A stretch of DNA of 64,000 nucleotides from Octopus bimaculoides (taxonomy: Eukaryota). Of the stretch, positions 58,890-64,000 are shown piece after piece. The translations under genes and the position numbers were made by a program. The stretch spans positions 80,225,882-80,289,881 of the forward strand of contig NC_068988.1 in the NCBI RefSeq assembly GCF_001194135.2. Reading direction: 5' to 3'. Position 1 is the stretch's first letter. Every line of letters starts with the position of its first letter. A model generated the notes under the pieces. It was not told where the DNA came from. It searched no databases and saw nothing but the letters and a program-made list of their open reading frames with translations.

Positions 58890-61190
58890 TTTCAATGCTG
58901 GCATGGGTTGGATGGTTTAACTGGGGACTAGTGAGCCAGATGGCTACACCAGGCTCCAATCTGACCTGACAAAGTTTCTACAGCTGGATGCCCTTCCTTA
59001 TGCCAACCACTCTGAGAGTGTAGTGGGTACTTTTACATGCCACCGACACGAGGGCCAGTCAGGCAATACTGGCAACGGCCACGCTCAAATGGTGTTTTTA
59101 CATGTCACCTGCACAGGAGCCAGTCCAGAGGCACTGGCAATGCCCTCACTTGAATGTTGTTTTCCACATACCACCAGCACAAGTGCCAATAAGGTGATGC
59201 TGGTAACAATCATGCTCAAATGGTGCTTTTTACATGCCACCAGCACAGGGGCCACACAGCGGCCCTGGCAACGGTAACGCTCGGATGATGCTCTTAGCAC
59301 TCCACTGGCACGGATGCCAGTCCTGCGGTGCTGTCATCGAATTTGATTCCAATTTGACTTGTCCGATAAAAAAAAGCAACGACTAAGTGGGCTGGTTACA
59401 CCACTGGCATAGGCCAACAGGTTATGGTCTCACTTGGCCTGCAGGGTCTTCTCAAGCACAGCATATTTCCAAAGGTCTTGGACACTAGTCATTGCCTTGG
59501 TGAGGCCTAATGTTCAAAGGTCGTGCTTCACCACCTCATCCCAGGTCTTACTGGGTCTACTGCTTCCACAGTTTCCCTCCACCGCTTGAGTGTGACACTT
59601 TTTCACAAAGCTATCCTCATTCATTCGTACCACATGACCATACCAGCGCAGTCGTCTTTCTTGCACACTACATCTGATGCTTCTTAGGTTCAACTTTTCT
59701 CTCAAGGCACTTATACTCTGTCTAGTATGCACACTGACATTACACATCCAGCGGAGCATACTGGCTTCATTCTTTACAAGCTTATGCATGTCCTCAGCAG
59801 TCATGGCCCATGTTTCACTGCCATGTAGCATGGCTGTTTTTACACAAGCATCATACAGTCTGCCTTTTACTCTGAGCGAGAGGCCCTTTGTCACCAGCAG
59901 AGGTAGGAGCNNNNNNNNNNNNNNNNNNNNNNNNNNNNNNNNNNNNNNNNNNNNNNNNNNNNNNNNNNNNNNNNNNNNNNNNNNNNNNNNNNNNNNNNNN
60001 NNNNNNNNNNNNNNNNNNNNNNNNNNNNNNNNNNNNNNNNNNNNNNNNNNNNNNNNNNNNNNNNNNNNNNNNNNNNNNNNNNNNNNNNNNNNNNNNNNNN
60101 NNNNNNNNNNNNNNNNNNNNNNNNNNNNNNNNNNNNNNNNNNNNNNNNNNNNNNNNNNNNNNNNNNNNNNNNNNNNNNNNNNNNNNNNNNNNNNNNNNNN
60201 NNNNNNNNNNNNNNNNNNNNNNNNNNNNNNNNNNNNNNNNNNNNNNNNNNNNNNNNNNNNNNNNNNNNNNNNNNNNNNNNNNNNNNNNNNNNNNNNNNNN
60301 NNNNNNNNNNNNNNNNNNNNNNNNNNNNNNNNNNNNNNNNNNNNNNNNNNNNNNNNNNNNNNNNNNNNNNNNNNNNNNNNNNNNNNNNNNNNNNNNNNNN
60401 NNNNNNNNNNNNNNNNNNNNNNNNNNNNNNNNNNNNNNNNNNNNNNNNNNNNNNNNNNNNNNNNNNNNNNNNNNNNNNNNNNNNNNNNNNNNNNNNNNNN
60501 NNNNNNNNNNNNNNNNNNNNNNNNNNNNNNNNNNNNNNNNNNNNNNNNNNNNNNNNNNNNNNNNNNNNNNNNNNNNNNNNNNNNNNNNNNNNNNNNNNNN
60601 NNNNNNNNNNNNNNNNNNNNNNNNNNNNNNNNNNNNNNNNNNNNNNNNNNNNNNNNNNNNNNNNNNNNNNNNNNNNNNNNNNNNNNNNNNNNNNNNNNNN
60701 NNNNNNNNNNNNNNNNNNNNNNNNNNNNNNNNNNNNNNNNNNNNNNNNNNNNNNNNNNNNNNNNNNNNNNNNNNNNNNNNNAAGCCAGGTACAGAGGTTT
60801 ATCTTTGGCTAGGTATTTCTCCTGCAGGTGTCTTACCAGAAATATAGCATCAGTGGTGCTTTTCCCTGGCACGAACCCAAACTGCATCTCATCTAAACTG
60901 ACTCTCTCCCTAATTAGTTGGGCTATGACCCTCTCCGTGACCTTCATTACCTGATCCAACAACTTGATACCTCTGTAATTATTTGTATCTAAAGCATCAC
61001 CTTTACCTTTGTAGCAGTTGAATATGGTGCTGCTACAGCAGTCATTGGGTATGACTCCTTCATGTATCACCTGGTTAACAATACGGTTGACTAGGCTATA
61101 GCCGACACTGCCAGATATTTTGAGCATCTCTGCAGTGATTTCTGATGGGATGGAGGCTTTCCCTGTCTTCATATTCTTAATTGCTTTATC
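58890..61190 (-). mobile_element. RTE LINE (main family) spanning N gap 59911-60780
   Basis: YKGKGDALDTNNYRGIKLLDQVMKV...QFGFVPGKSTTDAIF and LHGSETW...RLRWYGHV; 3' UTR at about 58890-59450. Confidence 0.92.
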
Positions 61191-61199
61191 TATATTTTT

Positions 61200-61910
61200 G
61201 CCAATGATTTACTGATAAAGACTGAACCTCTTGATCCCAAACAACGCTGTTTTATTTTAAAAGACCACAAACCAAATTTTTGTAATAACTCAACCTTACG
61301 ACCTATTTGTCCTTCTAGTTCTGATATTGGTCCTTCTTTAGTTGAAAAATTAAAGCTTTATTTATGGTTTAATTCATTCCAAGTGGTCGACTGGTTTGTT
61401 TCTATTAATAACAAGAAGTGCACTAAGTTTATCCAGTTCAACATTTCTAGTTACTATTCCACTATTAACCCAATTATACTCAACCAAGCACTCTGGTTTG
61501 CACACAACAAAGCAGGTCTTACCTGGGATGAAATTAATGTGGTGTTAGCTGCCAGAAAATCAATCATTAAATTTGAAAATAAGCTATGGGTCTGTAAAGA
61601 TATGCCTTACAGTTTTGATATCACGATGGGAAGTTCCGACTCAGCACAATTGGCTGATTTGGTCAGTATATGTATCCTTTATGAGATGACTGACCAATTC
61701 CCAAACATCAATGGAGGTTTATATCATGATGATTGTCTACTCTACCTTCAAAATGTTTCTGACCAAAAATTACAAAGGGTTAAAAGTAAGTTGGTCAAAT
61801 TTTTCCAAAACATGGGCTTAAACATTATTTTCGATGGTGATATAACTAAAGCCAACTTTTTGGATATTACCCTTAACTCATATACCATAAACCCTCAACT
61901 AATTTAAAAT
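61200..61910 (+). mobile_element. Penelope-like element RT fragment (lineage different from 29560-30530)
   Basis: FILKDHKPNF...RPICPSSSDIG, FNISSYYSTI, FDITMGSSDSAQLADLV, GGLYHDDCL and NFLDITLN. Confidence 0.85.
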
Positions 61911-63020
61911 ATATTAGCTTTTTCAGATAAAGCCTAATTTTATAACTCTGCCTTACTTAAAGCAGTCTATAAAGAAAAAATTACCTATATTAACCTTATT
62001 AACAATAATTCTGACTCTATTAATTAGGACATGAAAACGCATCATAATGGTAATAACAATATAAATTTTAGTTCAAATAACAACACTAACTCAAAAAATG
62101 TAATTTTGCAGTGTAAGAGAGATAACCGTAAGGCAAATCTACTCTGTGTGTGTGTATGTTTAAAATTAATACATTTACACAATTCAAAATTTTTTCGATT
62201 AAACAATCGCAATTAATATTCTAAATACAATTTGTTAGGTCACTGCATCATTTCTTTACTCCAAAAATTTCCTAATAATGAATAAAATCCGTAAAACTAC
62301 GGAGGTAAACATTTTCTCCCTAATAAAATCTAATTTCCTCTTTCTAATACAAATCCTTTCAACTCCTACTTTCTCTTCTGAAGCTTTACGAAAAATCCAA
62401 CAACAAATACAAAAAGAAAGGAAGGAGAAAAGGAAAGCTATCAAAACTGAAACAATCACATTTCGATACTGTGATGACAGATACTAAAACTACATACAGA
62501 ATTACTTTGCCCCTCTAAAATTAACTATTTCTATTCCTCTTACACATCGTTTCAATTGCTACTTTCTCTTATGAACGTTTACCAACGATCCAAGAAAAAA
62601 GACAAAGAAACGAAGGGGAGTGAGAGTCAAATAAACAGACACACTGCCAATCATACGTAAATACACACATATATATGTACCTATGCTTACCAATGACCTC
62701 ATTCTAATTGGCGGGAACTAAACCCTAACAGAGAAACGAAAGAAAAAGAGTGTCAAATNNNNNNNNNNNNNNNNNNNNNNNNNNNNNNNNNNNNNNNNNN
62801 NNNNNNNNNNNNNNNNNNNNNNNNNNNNNNNNNNNNNNNNNNNNNNNNNNNNNNNNNNNNNNNNNNNNNNNNNNNNNNNNNNNNNNNNNNNNNNNNNNNN
62901 NNNNNNNNNNNNNNNNNNNNNNNNNNNNNNNNNNNNNNNNNNNNNNNNNNNNNNNNNNNNNNNNNNNNNNNNNNNNNNNNNNNNNNNNNNNNNNNNNNNN
63001 NNNNNNNNNNNNNNNNNNNN

Positions 63021-64000
63021 ATACATGCACGAGCGAACACAAGACGCTATGACTTTCGTTCGGCACTATGGACGCCCTGATTTATTCATCACGTTTACAT
63101 GTAACCCCAAGTGGGTTGAGGTAACACGGGAACTTCTCCCACACCAGCAGTACTGCCATCGGCATGATCTTATTGCCAGGATTTTCAAGCAGAAGCTGAC
63201 TAGGCTAATTGATTTCATCAAAAAAGGGCAGGTGTTTGGCCCTGTTAAGTGTCACATGTATACTGTTGAGTGGCAGAAGAGAGGGTTGCCACACTCACAC
63301 ATTTTGGTTTGGTTAGTCACCAAAATAGACCCTACACTTATAGATGAAATCATCAAAGCAGAAATCCCAAACCCCACTGTTGATCGACAGCTGTACGACA
63401 TTGTCAAGGCACACATGGTGCATGGTCCGTACGGTCCCGGTTTTCAAAAATTCTCCTCATGCCACAAAGACCATGTGTGCACTAAACGATACCCAAAGAG
63501 TTTCGTGGACGAGACCCAGACCGCTGGTGATGGATATCCACTGTACAGACGAAGGCGGTCTGAGAATGGGGGATTCACTATAACCTTACGGGGTCATCAA
63601 GTTGATAATAGATGGGTGGCCCCATACTGTCCATTACTGATGACAATTTTCAACGTTCATATAAATGTGGAGTTCTGTCATTCAGTACTTATGTTAACAA
63701 GGGTTCGGACGCTGCCATGTTCGGCCTTCAAAAGGACAATAGCATGGACGAGGTGTCGCAGTACTTGGCAGGTCGATATATCAGCAGTGGTGAAGCTTTT
63801 TGGCGGATATTCGGGTTTCCGCTTCACCAAAGGAACCCCGCCATCATACAACTCGCGGTTCATTTGGAAAACGGCCAGCGGACTTATTTTACTGAACAGA
63901 CTGCTGCTCAATTGGCGGCCAATCGAAAAGAAACAACTTTGACTGGTTCTTTTAGACTTTGCCAAATTGACACATTTGCCAAAACACTTTTATACCCTCA
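63021..64000 (+). mobile_element. Helitron Rep (HUH) coding region, truncated by a gap and the window end
   Basis: YGRPDLFITFTCNPKW, VEWQKRGLPHSHIL, MVHGP, YPLYRRR, DNRWVAPY and HINVEFC; after a frameshift near 63688, YVNKGSD...RYISSGEAFWRIFGF...LAVHLENGQ. Confidence 0.95.

Overview
Animal genomic DNA, AT-rich, dense in repeats and with several N gaps. The SINE, RTE and microsatellite content looks like an octopod cephalopod, which is my inference from recalled repeat families. The main host feature is a ceramide-kinase-family gene (CERK/CERKL-like, DAGK catalytic domain) on the minus strand. I reconstructed nine GT-AG exons between 48694 and 3360 that splice in frame; the 5' (PH-domain) and 3'-terminal exons were not found and probably lie outside the window. 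The protein keeps GGDG and the CERK-type CxxxCxxC cluster, but is otherwise CERKL-like and has changed several usually conserved nucleotide-binding residues. The introns and the flanking sequence hold many mobile elements: two mariners, a hAT element with an exact 8-bp TSD and a nested RTE, many RTE LINE pieces, CRE-like and R4/Dong-like REL-endonuclease retroelement fragments, two Penelope-like fragments, a decayed Gypsy, a Helitron Rep, MITEs and tRNA-derived SINEs. There are also several long inverted repeats and minisatellites. I found no convincing new multi-gene system. The best leads are the atypical kinase, a possible mutually exclusive exon, the long fold-back repeats and some unusual retroelement junctions. 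Exon coordinates were counted by hand from splice sites; repeat boundaries are approximate unless a TSD or TIR is quoted.
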